Assembly (NCBI RefSeq): GCF_964355755.1
Contig: NC_092671.1
Coordinates: 40,620,304 to 40,684,303, forward strand
Length of the DNA stretch: 64,000 bases
Reading direction: 5' to 3'
From: Antedon mediterranea
Lineage: Eukaryota > Animalia > Echinodermata
This document shows positions 14,028-25,610 of this stretch, one piece after another; within the stretch, counting starts at the first letter, position 1, and each line of letters starts with the position of its first letter. The notes under the pieces were generated by a model, which saw nothing but the letters and a program-made list of their open reading frames with translations, had not been told where the DNA came from and made no database searches. Made by a program: the position numbers and the translations under genes.

Positions 14028-15486
14028 AGATACAGAACATGTGTAGAGTTTCATGTCAGCTTTACTATAACAATGACAGTGTTGATCACACAGAATGTGT
14101 TTGATCATTCTATGGTTTCTACTGATTTTGATAAATGGTGGTATATATTTTAACATAGTGTGATAATGTACTGAAGGGTCTCAGGTAGGATATTGATTGA
14201 AGGATCAATTGTGATTGCTGAGAAAGACTTCAAGATCGACGATGACAACAGCAAAACTATAAAATAATATATTAATTATTATAATAATAACATTTGCTTA
14301 CCAACCTCAGAAAGTAAGATTGTATCCATTTTTAAATTTCATTTTGTTGTTGTGCATTTGAATAGGTTTGTTTAACAAACAAACACAATTTGATATGGTG
14401 TCACATGGATGTATCAGAAAGTTAACATTCCACCTCCCTAATTTCCTGTTCATTTAATGTCAATACTGTAATATGTTCCATTTTAAATAATAGAAAACCG
14501 TTGCTCCTGCATAGATTGCCATACTACTGTAGTTAAAGGTAGTTTTTAATTGTATTAACATACAGCAGATAGTATTATACTAGTAGTATTCATGTTGTAC
14601 TTAACGTGTACAAAATATACGTATTCTACGATTTAGGGAAGTTAGTTAGCATCTAATTTGTTTTCTTGCCGAGTTTATTCATTACTTTATTATTATTAAA
14701 TTAAATATCTGATCACTTCATATGAATATTCATTTGAATTATGTTAATTTTGAATAATAATAATAACTTATTAATCAAATGTGAAATTATTAAGATCTGT
14801 TGTAAAAATTGTACCTTCGATTTCTGGGGTTTGAGGGGTGTTTTTTTTATTACATTGGAAATGTATAAATTAAATCATGGACATTTTTTCCTAATTTTGA
14901 TTGTAGTTTTCACCAAAAATTTGACCCAAAGGTTTATGTTGTATGTTGTGTTTTCGGCAATTGAAGGAAAAACTGTTGTGTGTAAATGTTAAAAAAAATA
15001 TATCATAATAATAATGTAAAATTTTCAAGTAATACTTTTATCTGTGTGTGTGTTTTTAAATTTTTAGAAATGGTTAAAAAACAAATACGGATTTAATTTC
15101 TGTATCATTGATGTGTTTGAAAGTTAAATGGCGCCCTCTCTGATTATATATTTGGTTTTATGTAGAAATGATTTCAAAATAATATTTGATATGGTTCTAC
15201 AACAGCAGGCTCATTTGATGATAATTGAATGTAAAATCGGAAAGTTTTTTTTCTGGAGAAATTGCTACAAACTTTTATTGGTTTAAAATCACAAAGCATA
15301 TTATTTTGATAAAGTGGTCTCTTCTTCCACGGGAACATGATTGATGTTTTAACATCGTTTCTTTGTATGTGCAATTCTCGGAATAAACTCAGAGAAATAA
15401 ACTGACTTCTTGTGTAGCAGTAATCTTGTGCTTTCAATGGGCGTAGTAGTAGGCCTCATTGTAAGTATATAAACTTGTGTAAAAGT

Positions 15487-17007
15487 AGTCCTGTGCTTTC
15501 AATGGGTGAAGTGGTAGGCCTCATTCTTAGTACAGTATATACATTAATGTATATTATAGTCCTGTGCTTTCAATGGGTGAAGTGGTAGGCCTCATTCTTA
15601 GTACAGTATATACATTAATGTATATTATAGTCCTGTGCTTTCAATGGGTGAAGTGGTAGGCCTCATTCTTAGTACAGTATATACATTAATGTATATTATA
15701 GTCCTGTGCTTTCAATGGGTGAAGTGGTAGGCCTCATTCTTAGTACAGTATATACATTAATGTATATTATAGTCCTGTGCTTTCAATGGGTGAAGTGGTA
15801 GGCCTCATTCTTAGTACAGTGTATACATTAATGTATATTATAGTCCTGTGCTTTCAATGGGTGAAGTGGTAGGCCTCATTCTTAGTACAGTGTATACATT
15901 AATGTATATTATAGTCCTGTGCTTTCAATGGGTGAAGTGGTAGGCCTCATTCTTAGTACAGTATATACATTAATGTATATTATAGTCCTGTGCTTTCAAT
16001 GGGTGAAGTGGTAGGGCTCATTCTTAGTACAGTATATACATTAATGTATATTATAGTCCTGTGCTTTCAATGGGTGAAGTGGTAGGCCTCATTCTTAGTA
16101 CAGTATATACATTAATGTATATTATAGTCCTGTGCTTTCAATGGGTGGAGTGGTAGGCCTCATTCTTAGTACAGTATATACATTAATGTATATTATAGTC
16201 CTGTGCTTTCAATGGGTGAAGTGGTAGGCCTCATTCTTAGTACAGTATATACATTAATGTATATTATAGTCCTGTGCTTTCAATGGGTGAAGTGGTAGGC
16301 CTCATTCTTAGTACAGTATATACATTAATGTATATTATAGTCCTGTGCGCTCAATGGGTGAAGTGGTAGGCCTCATTCTTAGTACAGTATATACATTAAT
16401 GTATATTATAGTCCTGTGCTTTCAATGGGTGAAGTGGTAGGCCTCATTCTTAGTACAGTATATACATTAATGTATATTATAGTCCTGTGCTTTCAATGGG
16501 TGGAGTGGTAGGCCTCATTCTTAGTACAGTATATACATTAATGTATATTATAGTCCTGTGCTTTCAATGGGTGAAGTGGTAGGCCTCATTCTTAGTACAG
16601 TATATACATTAATGTATATTATAGTCCTGTGCTTTCAATGGGTGAAGTGGTAGGCCTCATTCTTAGTACAGTATATACATTAATGTATATTATAGTCCTG
16701 TGCGCTCAATGGGTGAAGTGGTAGGCCTCATTCTTAGTACAGTATATACATTAATGTATATTATAGTCCTGTGCTTTCAATGGGTGAAGTGGTAGGCCTC
16801 ATTCTTAGTACAGTATATACATTAATGTATATTATAGTCGTGTGCGTTCAATGGGTGAAGTGGTAGGCCTCATTCTTAGTACAGTATATACATTAATGTA
16901 TATTATAGTCCTGTGCGCTCAATGGGTGAAGTGGTAGGCCTCATTCTTAGTACAGTATATACATTAATGTATATTATAGTCCTGTGCGTTCAATGGGTGA
17001 AGTGGTA
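15487..17007. repeat. 71-bp minisatellite, ~21 near-identical copies
   Basis: Unit AGTCCTGTGCTTTCAATGGGTGAAGTGGTAGGCCTCATTCTTAGTACAGTATATACATTAATGTATATTAT; period 15558 to 15629; contains the 18-bp palindrome ATATACATTAATGTATAT. Confidence 0.97.
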
Positions 17008-17280
17008 CTGAAAGCACTTCGAAGAATTCAGTGCCGGTGTTTGTTTCGGTACAGACGTATTTTTGATGATATTCAACGATACCTTCATAAATTACATTTT
17101 TCTTTCATGCAACAGAAGAAATTCGAAAAGTTTTATTTGATAAAAATAATATTTTTAATAATCCAATCAAATTACATGATCAATAAAATTGTATCTCTTA
17201 CTAATCATCATGATCATGACGTCATTTGATTGAACGTGTGAAAATTAACCCCTAACAGAGAACCTCGCATAGCTTTAACG

Positions 17281-17349
17281 TATTCTTGGGATTCGAACCG
17301 ATGACATTCGTGTTACGAACACGACGCTCAGTCGACAGGCTAACCGGTC
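17281..17349 (-). pseudogene. tRNA-like sequence (CGT anticodon, Thr-like; probably transposon-borne pseudo-tRNA)
   Basis: Minus strand GACCGGTTAGCCTGTCGACTGAGCG-TCGTG-TTCGTAA-CACGA-ATGTCATCGGTTCGAATCC: perfect anticodon stem-loop and B box, but the acceptor stem does not pair. Confidence 0.55.
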
Positions 17350-17907
17350 ATCTTGTATAACTAGGTTAATTTGGTACTACTTTCGTTTCCTAAAAAATGA
17401 CGTTCATAAATTCGTAATATAAATTAGCATGTTTAAATGTACTATTGACAGGTATTCCACTTTGTGGCGTAACGGCTAAGTGCTCTGATTTTTGTGTGCT
17501 CGAATCTCGATTTTGTGTTTTTCCTTTCTTTCAATGGAAAATAAATATTTGGGGTTAATTAAAGATATAGTGTTAAATCAATTTAGGAAGTATTTAGTTA
17601 TTGTTGGTATTCCTATATCGTCATAAATGCTTAGTTAACTGTGTTGATCATCATCCATATTATTACAACTATCACTATCTATTTACAGTAATCGCTACAT
17701 ATTAGAGTAGATGCCACCCGCGGCCTTGCCTCCCGTCACACCAAAAATGCACAAATCATCCTCAAATGTTTTTTTTTTGTTGTTAAACACTCATTTAATA
17801 AAGTGTTGCATACCTGTTGTTGTTCCCCATTGCATAAACTAAAAGTGAATTTTGATGTTGTAGCCTATATTTTAAATTTGGTTTATGATGAGCCCGAACT
17901 TCACTAA

Positions 17908-18120
17908 AGCTCTGTCTACACTATCAAACTTTATGTGACAAAAAAAGTGCTGTGCCCCTAAATGAACATGATGATGTCATAATCACTACCATATTTTGGT
18001 ACCGCATTTCACTACCATATTTATCATTTTCTTTATCACAAACTATGTACATAGAAAAGAGAATAAATGAAAAAAAAAATATTTGGGCACATCACATTTT
18101 TTCATAGTGTGGAAAGAGCT
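17908..18120. mobile_element. PIF/Harbinger-type MITE, family A (other copies 22403-22566, 26905-27020 partial, 27901-28058)
   Basis: TIR AGCTCTGTCTACACTATCAAA...TTTGATAGTGTAGACAGAGCT with TAA/TTA flanks; four copies in the window. Confidence 0.8.
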
Positions 18121-18249
18121 TAATGTTCGATTTTAGGAATAATCGTTCGTAGGAGTATTAGTTATGCAACTTACAACTTACAATCGTTCGTTGGAGTATT
18201 AGTTATGCAACTTAAAATCGTTCGTTGGAGTATTAGTTATGCAACTTAC

Positions 18250-18960
18250 AATCGTTCGTTGTAGTACCAGTATTAATAATCGTTCGTTGTAGTACCGGTA
18301 TTAATAATCGTTCGTTGTAGTACCAGTATTAATAATCGTTCGTTGTAGTACCGGTATTAATAATCGTTCGTTGTAGTACCGGTATTAATAATCGTTCGTT
18401 GTAGTACCGGTATTAATAATCGTTCGTTGTAGTACCAGTATTAATAATCGTTCGTTGTAGTACCGGTATTAATAATCGTTCGTTGTAGTACCGGTATTAA
18501 TAATCGTTCGTTGTAGTACCGGTATTAATAATCGTTCGTTGTAGTACCGGTATTAATAATCGTTCGTTGTAGTACCGGTATTAATAATCGTTCGTTGTAG
18601 TACCGGTATTAATAATCGTTCGTTGTAGTACCGGTATTAATAATCGTTCGTTGTAGTACCGGTATTAATAATCGTTCGTTGTAGTACCGGTATTAATAAT
18701 CGTTCGTTGTAGTACCGGTATTAATAATCGTTCGTTGTAGTACCGGTATTAATAATCGTTCGTTGTAGTACCGGTATTAATAATCGTTCGTTGTAATACC
18801 GGTATTAATATTCGTTCGTTGTAGTACCGGTATTAATAATCGTTCGTTGTAGTACCGGTATTAATAATCGTTCGTTGTAGTACCGGTATTAATAATCATT
18901 CGTTGTAGTACCGGTATTAATAATCGTTCGTTGTAGTACCGGTATTAATAATCGTTCGTT
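18250..18960. repeat. 28-bp minisatellite, ~25 copies
   Basis: Unit AATCGTTCGTTGTAGTACCGGTATTAAT; related longer units flank it at 18140-18250. Confidence 0.97.
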
Positions 18961-19983
18961 GGTGGCGTATTAGTTATGCAACTTGAAATCTTTATATTCG
19001 ATTTATTGATACTTTCAAAGCCGTTCAAAAAGGGGATTCCCCTTCTTTTATTAAAATCATGAGTTATTGACTTTAGAAACCGGAAGAACTTTTGATCACT
19101 ATATCGCGATATTTCTGTATGTTTTTGTTTTTGTATAATATACGGTATTGAAAGCGAAAACCTCTATTGATAATCAGGTTCAGACAGAGTAAAGATGCTA
19201 TCGTATCTAAATTATATCCAATATGTCGTTATGGTATGGTTAGCTTCGCGGCCTATTTTACTCAAGTGAACATAAGATTATTACCTAGGTGAGTGTATTA
19301 TTATTATTTCATTATCTTTATTCTCTATAAATGTATAGAAATTTAGTAGGCCTACCGATGTTATTAATATGTAAATTTAATTATTCGAGTTTGTATTTAG
19401 GAATGGTTTAGGCCTATACTGGTTAAGAAAACACATTTAGATAGTCGGATCATATCGTGCACACCCTGTAACTTCATTATAGTTTATATGTGATTACTGA
19501 ATAGAGTAAAATAAATAGATTTAGGCTTTGATTTTATACTAAGACCTAAGTTAGGCCAAGACAGTGTGCATCACGTCTGATCTGAACAGTAACCTGACAT
19601 GCCTATAATCATGAAGCAACGAAATCATGTAGTTGTTGCTCCTAAAAAATACTCATGTTGTAACAGTTGTTTAATCGTAATTTTCACATGATGTAAATCC
19701 CGTACGCCTGTTATTATGTGATCTTATGGTAGATACATGGTTTTAAAGTACATTTATGGGCCAAACAGGAAACAATGCGACTTAATTGTTTCACTTTCGT
19801 AACGATTCACGCATTTCGTCTATTCTAATTCATTATTAATTTTAAAATACACAAAAGAACATAACATAATGACCATGACATTGACTATATAACGTTTCCG
19901 TAGATCACAGTGTTGTTATAATTCATTACATTTTACTGGCAGAGTAAAATAAAATAAATACGTTTTTATTTTTTTTGCAAGCT

Positions 19984-22309
19984 ATGGATGGAGGGAGTGG
20001 ATGTGTGACCAAGAAATACAAACTCGTTCTGTTCGGTGACGCAGCTGTTGGTAAAACAAGTTTAGTTTTACAGTTTGTTAAAGGAAACTTTTCAAATGAA
20101 CCCCAGGAAGCCACCATAGGAGGTAAACATTATTTGTACTGATCGACGGGGGCTTTTTAATAGGGTCATGATCATTGTAAGATGAACCCCAGGAAGCCAC
20201 CATAGGAGGTAAACATTATTTGTACTGATCGACGGGGGCTTTTTAATAGGGTCATGATCATTGTAAGATGATCGCCGCCGTCATAATAACAGTTACAATC
20301 GTCCCGTTCCCATTTTAAATCTAAATTAACGTATAGGAGGCCTACTCGTATCGAATTGCTAAATTAACGTATAGGAGGCCTACTCGTATCGAATTGCTAA
20401 ATTAACGTATAGGCCTACTCGTATCGAATTGCTTCTGAGTGTCAGTCTCTTTTCTTGGCACCGGTGATGCACAGTCTCATTTTTTGTTTTATAAATAGAC
20501 TAAATTAGCTACTTTTGTTTGTTTGTAGTACATTTTAGTCTATTCCAACGTACGATTCAGTCATGCATATTAAAGCAAATTTGATCATCTAATATTGAAT
20601 GTTTTTCTAAGTTGCCTTTCAAAGTAAGATAGTGTGTCTTCAAGACTCGACAGTAAAGTTTGAGATTTGGGATACAGCCGGATCTGCGCGGTATCAAGGC
20701 TTGGCTCCGATGTATTACAGAGGTGCAGATGCCGCTATCGTCGTCTTTGATATCACGAATGAGGTAGAAAAGAGAAAAAAAATCCACTCAAAATACGTAT
20801 ATGTTTGCGTGTAGTAACTTACATTTTGTACGTTATGTTATTTAAGCGTGGTTCCCACTAGGACGCAACGCAAGGACGTACGCGCAAAGCAAGCGAGTTG
20901 ACCAATGACAAGCCACTGTTCGAATAATCCATTGCTTGTGATTGGTCAAATCACTTACGTTGCGCTAGTGGGAACCAAGCTTAAATAACATTTTCAGTCA
21001 CGTACAAAATGTAAGCAGGAACATCCAATAAAATTAATCCGAATGGTAGGCCTACATGCAGTGTTTCTCTATATTTAGTTCAGCCATTGCTATGCCGAAA
21101 GAGGCGCCTTTAGAATTTTGAAACCGTAACAACAGTGCAAAACAATATAAGAATCTAAACAATTTTGTTTATATAGGATTCTTTTACAAAAGCCAAGACG
21201 TGGATATGTACACTACAAACACAAGTTAAAAAGAGTATCATATTAGCTCTTGCTGGAAATAAATCTGATTTGAAATATCATAAATCTGTGGACAGGCAGG
21301 TAATCATATTATATCATATTTATAAGTATTTTCGTTGCATGTACCTCCATTTAATATTTACTGTAACTGAATACAAACTGAAATGTTTTTTATAACGCGT
21401 CTCTTTGGCGCACGATGGCCATAAAGGACGCAACGCAATGACGTAACGCAACGTAAGCATGTGTGAAGCTTGGTTCCCACTAGAACGTAACGCAAGGACG
21501 TAAACGCAACGCAAGCGTTTTAACCAACCAATCACAACAAGCGATGGCTTATTCGCTTGGGATTGCTAACCGTCTTTAACTTCGCTTGTCAAAACGCTTG
21601 CGTTGCGTTTACGTCCTTGCGTTACGTTCTAGTGGGAACCAAGCTTTACGTTGCGTCTACGTCCTTGCGTTGCGTTGTCACCGAAAAGTTCTGTTAAGTT
21701 TGTTTTTTTCGCAAAGTATCTTTAACTGAAGATGAAACGAACATTTTTTTCAATTTCTACTCTTAGAAAATACAAGAATTTGTTGAAGAGAACGATTTAG
21801 TATTCATGGAAACGTCAGCAAAAAGTGGAAATAACGTAACTAACATGTTTCTATCAATTGGTAAGTTCCCTATGTGTACTTAGTGAGTGTGTAGAGTTTG
21901 TTCTTTTTTATTGTCTGTTCTTTGTATTCATGTGTAATTTGCCTATGTAATAATATAATTTATTTTTGTACAAATACTGCAATTCAGCGTTTTATGCTGC
22001 ATTGTATATTTGTTATGATTGATTGAATAATAAAGATACCGAATATAATACATTCAATACCAGGGGAATATGTTGTTCTCTTATCGACGAGAATAAACAT
22101 AAAATAAAATATTTACAGCAACAAAACTTGTAGCACAAGAAAAAGAGAAGAAGGCCTTAGAAGATCAAGCAAGCAGCAGTGGACACAATACAACTAGTAC
22201 AACGAATACTACGACGAGTGCGGCTGTGGCAGCTGATACACTCGTCGACGACAACGAAGTAGATGGCATGTCTGATGGTTGCTGCTGCTGCTGCTGTATC
22301 TTATTATAG
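19984..22309 (+). CDS. Divergent Rab5-family small GTPase paralogue, 232 aa; exons 19984-20122, 20612-20763, 21177-21299, 21767-21860, 22119-22309
   Basis: Open across all GT-AG exons; G1 GDAAVGKT, switch I EATIGVAF, G3 [18 protein letters not shown]4 GNKSD, G5 ETSAK; internal exon sizes 152/123/94 match the canonical Rab5 at 56.7 kb; ends CCCCCCILL. Confidence 0.9.
20845..20981. mobile_element. PIF/Harbinger-type MITE, family B
   Basis: TIR AGC(T/G)TGGTTCCCACTAG...CTAGTGGGAACCAAGCT with TTA/TAA flanks. Confidence 0.8.
21467..21645. mobile_element. MITE family B copy, nested in a related older copy (~21425-21680)
   Basis: Long TIRs AGCTTGGTTCCCACTAGAACGTAACGCAAGGACGTAAACGCAACGCAAGCGTTTT; the flanks carry the same ACGCAACGCAA/TTGCGTTGCGT motifs. 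Confidence 0.8.
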
Positions 22310-22402
22310 CATTATTAATTTCTTGTTCATAATTTTCTTGTGATTTTTAAGGTGTAAACTGAATTGGGGTTGGCTCAGCTACAGTGCGATTTTGTTCACT
22401 TA

Positions 22403-22566
22403 AGCTCTGTCTACACTAGCAAACTTTATGTGACAAAAAAGTGATGTGCCCATATATGGACATGAACAGATGATGTCATATCACTACCAAATTTCAGCAT
22501 ATCACTACCATATTTGGGTACATCACACTTTTTTTGTCAAACTAATTTGATAGTGTAGACAGAGCT
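22403..22566. mobile_element. MITE family A copy downstream of the Rab5-like stop codon
   Basis: AGCTCTGTCTACACTA...TAGTGTAGACAGAGCT. Confidence 0.8.
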
Positions 22567-23754
22567 TAGGTTGGCCCCGGTCTCAGTTTTTTTTTGTTAT
22601 GTCAATATTGAAAAATACCGAATAATAATTAGATGTTGCATGTAAAATATATAACGACTTTACATAGTTTTAACATATTTGTACATATGCCTACTGTAGT
22701 AAACATAGTTTGTATATTAAATTGTATAAACATTAACTGAACAAACTATTTTAGTATAGTGTCTTTTCTTGCATTGTTTATTTACCAAACTCCGATAATA
22801 CAAAACTGAATTTTTAAAACAAACAAGCGACTATTGATGATATGAATAATTTTGTAACTGCAACCAGAAGTGAGAAAACATTGAAAGGAAAGTTTATATT
22901 ACATTATGATACATTAATGTGTATTATTGAATAACATTCATTCATATTCAAGGTTTTGTAAAGTGATGTTGATCATAAAATTGTCAAAATATTACTCAAA
23001 ATTAGACAGCCTAAGTATAACAAATGTATATAAGCAACATGTTATTTAATATCATGAATGAGGGTGGGTGGCCCTTCTGATATTAAGGAAACAATTACAT
23101 TGCTAATACAAAGTATCGTTAAGAGGCAAACATGCTTTATATATATTTATTAATATAAAATATGACGTTCTGTGCTGGGGAGTGGGTAGGGAAAATTGAA
23201 AATGTCGGACGAGGTGAGCGCCTGATGTTCCGCATCATGTTGGCTATATATGGCTCTGTTAATATTTACAATAAAGGTTTTGGTTTAACAGAATTTAATT
23301 ACAATTTGGATTTATTAGTTATCAAACAAATACATTGTTGCTGATAAAAAACATCATTATTTACAAATCAAGGTTTGTATTAACAGGTTTATTAACAGAC
23401 TAATTTAAATACAATTTGGATGTTGTATTTATTGTTGTATTATTTTATTTATTGTTGTATTTATTGTTTTAAGTTAGTATGTAAAATCTGCAGTCTCATT
23501 TGATTATTATTTGTAACTTTTTTGTTTCTATATATTGTAACTATTTTATAAACTTTTTGTCAAACCTCTTGTTACAAGAGAGTTTTTCTATTTTAAAGGA
23601 GAGATAAATAATAAATAAATAAACAAACTACTTATAATGACAATTAAAACATTAACCTATGTCAAAATAGTGTGGGTTACTCCAATACTGGACAGCCTAC
23701 CAATAATATATTACATCATATCATGGAGTTATTCCTTCATGATTACAACAACAT

Positions 23755-25052
23755 TCATTTATTTACAGCATTAATATTTACAAATCAAGGTTTTATAAGT
23801 GATGACTTATTTGGTTGATAAACAAAACATAGACTATGGTCAAAATAGTGTTCACTCCAAAATTGGATATCTTAAAATTAGGTGCTGGTATCACAATATT
23901 AGAAATATTCATTTAATTTACAGCATTAATATTTACAAATCAAGGTTTTATAAGTGATGACTTATTTGGTTGTTAAACAAAACAGACTATTGTCAAAATA
24001 GTGTTCACTCCAAAATTGGATATCTTAAAATTAGGTGCTGGTATCACAATATTAGAAATATTCATTTAATTTATTTACAGCATTAATATTTACAAATCAA
24101 GGTTTTATAAGTGATGACTTATTTGGTTGATAAACAAAACATAGACTATGGTCAAAATAGTGTTCACTCCAAAATTGGATATCTTAAAATTAGGTGCTGG
24201 TATCACAATATATTCATTTAATTTACAGCATTAATATTTACAAATCAAGGTTTTATAAGTGATGACTTATTTGGTTGATAAACAAAACATAGACTATTGT
24301 CAAAATAGTGTTCACTCCAAAATTGGATATCTTAAAATTAGGTGCTGGTATCACAATATTAGAAATATTCATTTAATTTATTTACAGCATTAATATTTAC
24401 AAATCAAGGTTTTATAAGTGATGACTTATTTGGTTGATAAACAAAACATAGACTATTGTCAAAATAGTGTTCACTCCAAAATTGGATATCTTAAAATTAG
24501 GTGCTGGTATCACAATATTAGAAATATTCATTTAATTTATTTACAGCATTAATATTTACAAATCAAGGTTTTATAAGTGATGACTTATTTGGTTGATAAA
24601 CAAAACATAGACTATGGTCAAAATAGTGTTCACTCCAAAATTGGATATCTTAAAATTAGGTGCTGGTATCACAATATATTCATTTAATTTACAGCATTAA
24701 TATTTACAAATCAAGGTTTTATAAGTGATGACTTATTTGGTTGATAAACAAAACATAGACTATTGTCAAAATAGTGTTCACTCCAAAATTGGATATCTTA
24801 AAATTAGGTGCTGGTATCACAATATTAGAAATATTCATTTAATTTATTTACAGCATTAATATTTACAAATCAAGGTTTTATAAGTGATGACTTATTTGGT
24901 TGATAAACAAAACATAGACTATTGTCAAAATAGTGTTCACTCCAAAATTGGATATCTTAAAATTAGGTGCTGGTATCACAATATTAGAAATATTCATTTA
25001 ATTTATTTACAGCATTAATATTTACAAATCAAGGTTTTATAAGTGATGACTT
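23755..25052. repeat. ~150-160-bp tandem repeat, ~8 copies
   Basis: Repeating TTTACAGCATTAATATTTACAAATCAAGGTTTTATAAGTGATGACTT...GGTGCTGGTATCACAATA. Confidence 0.93.
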
Positions 25053-25610
25053 AAAAACTGGTTGGATATCCTTAGATTCAATACCAGTATTATAAATAGC
25101 ACCAAATAGTCTTAAACAACTCTAATCCTAATGTTGTATTTAAACTTTCTACATAGTATTCAATCTATTGCGGCTATTCTTCTCTATCCTAATTTGTTAA
25201 ACTATCCATTTCTTACAGTAACATAGTAGTTTAAAAACAAACAATACAAACATATACATTTAATTGTTCAAAATGTAAAGTAAAATTCAAGAAAATAGAC
25301 ACATAAACATTGATACATTCTTATCAAACAACAAGAAAAAAAAATAATTCTTCTTAAAATTTTCAGAAGGCAAAATGTAACAGTAAACACAATTTACTCA
25401 GTTTACAACGAAGACAAATATTCAACAACTTTGTTCTATCTTTGCTAGTTTGTTTAGGCAAATAGTATAAATGACAAATCATTAATAAACATTTATTATT
25501 AAACATTATTTACAGTTGATAAACAAGTAAGATCACATCAGATAATTATTTAAAATGTATTAATACACAAATAAGCAAATAGTAATTTATTATCCAATAT
25601 TATTACAGCA

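Noticed and set aside
14024-14267. Possible Bak C-terminal extension via AG|GTAAAG over the stop, spliced to 14189
   Set aside because: In frame, but the acceptor lacks a pyrimidine tract, an upstream CAG would give an immediate stop, and the normal TM-RR-stop end is already complete
18250-18960. CRISPR-like 28-bp repeat (also the 38-46 bp arrays)
   Set aside because: Head-to-tail with no unique spacers, no cas genes, eukaryotic context
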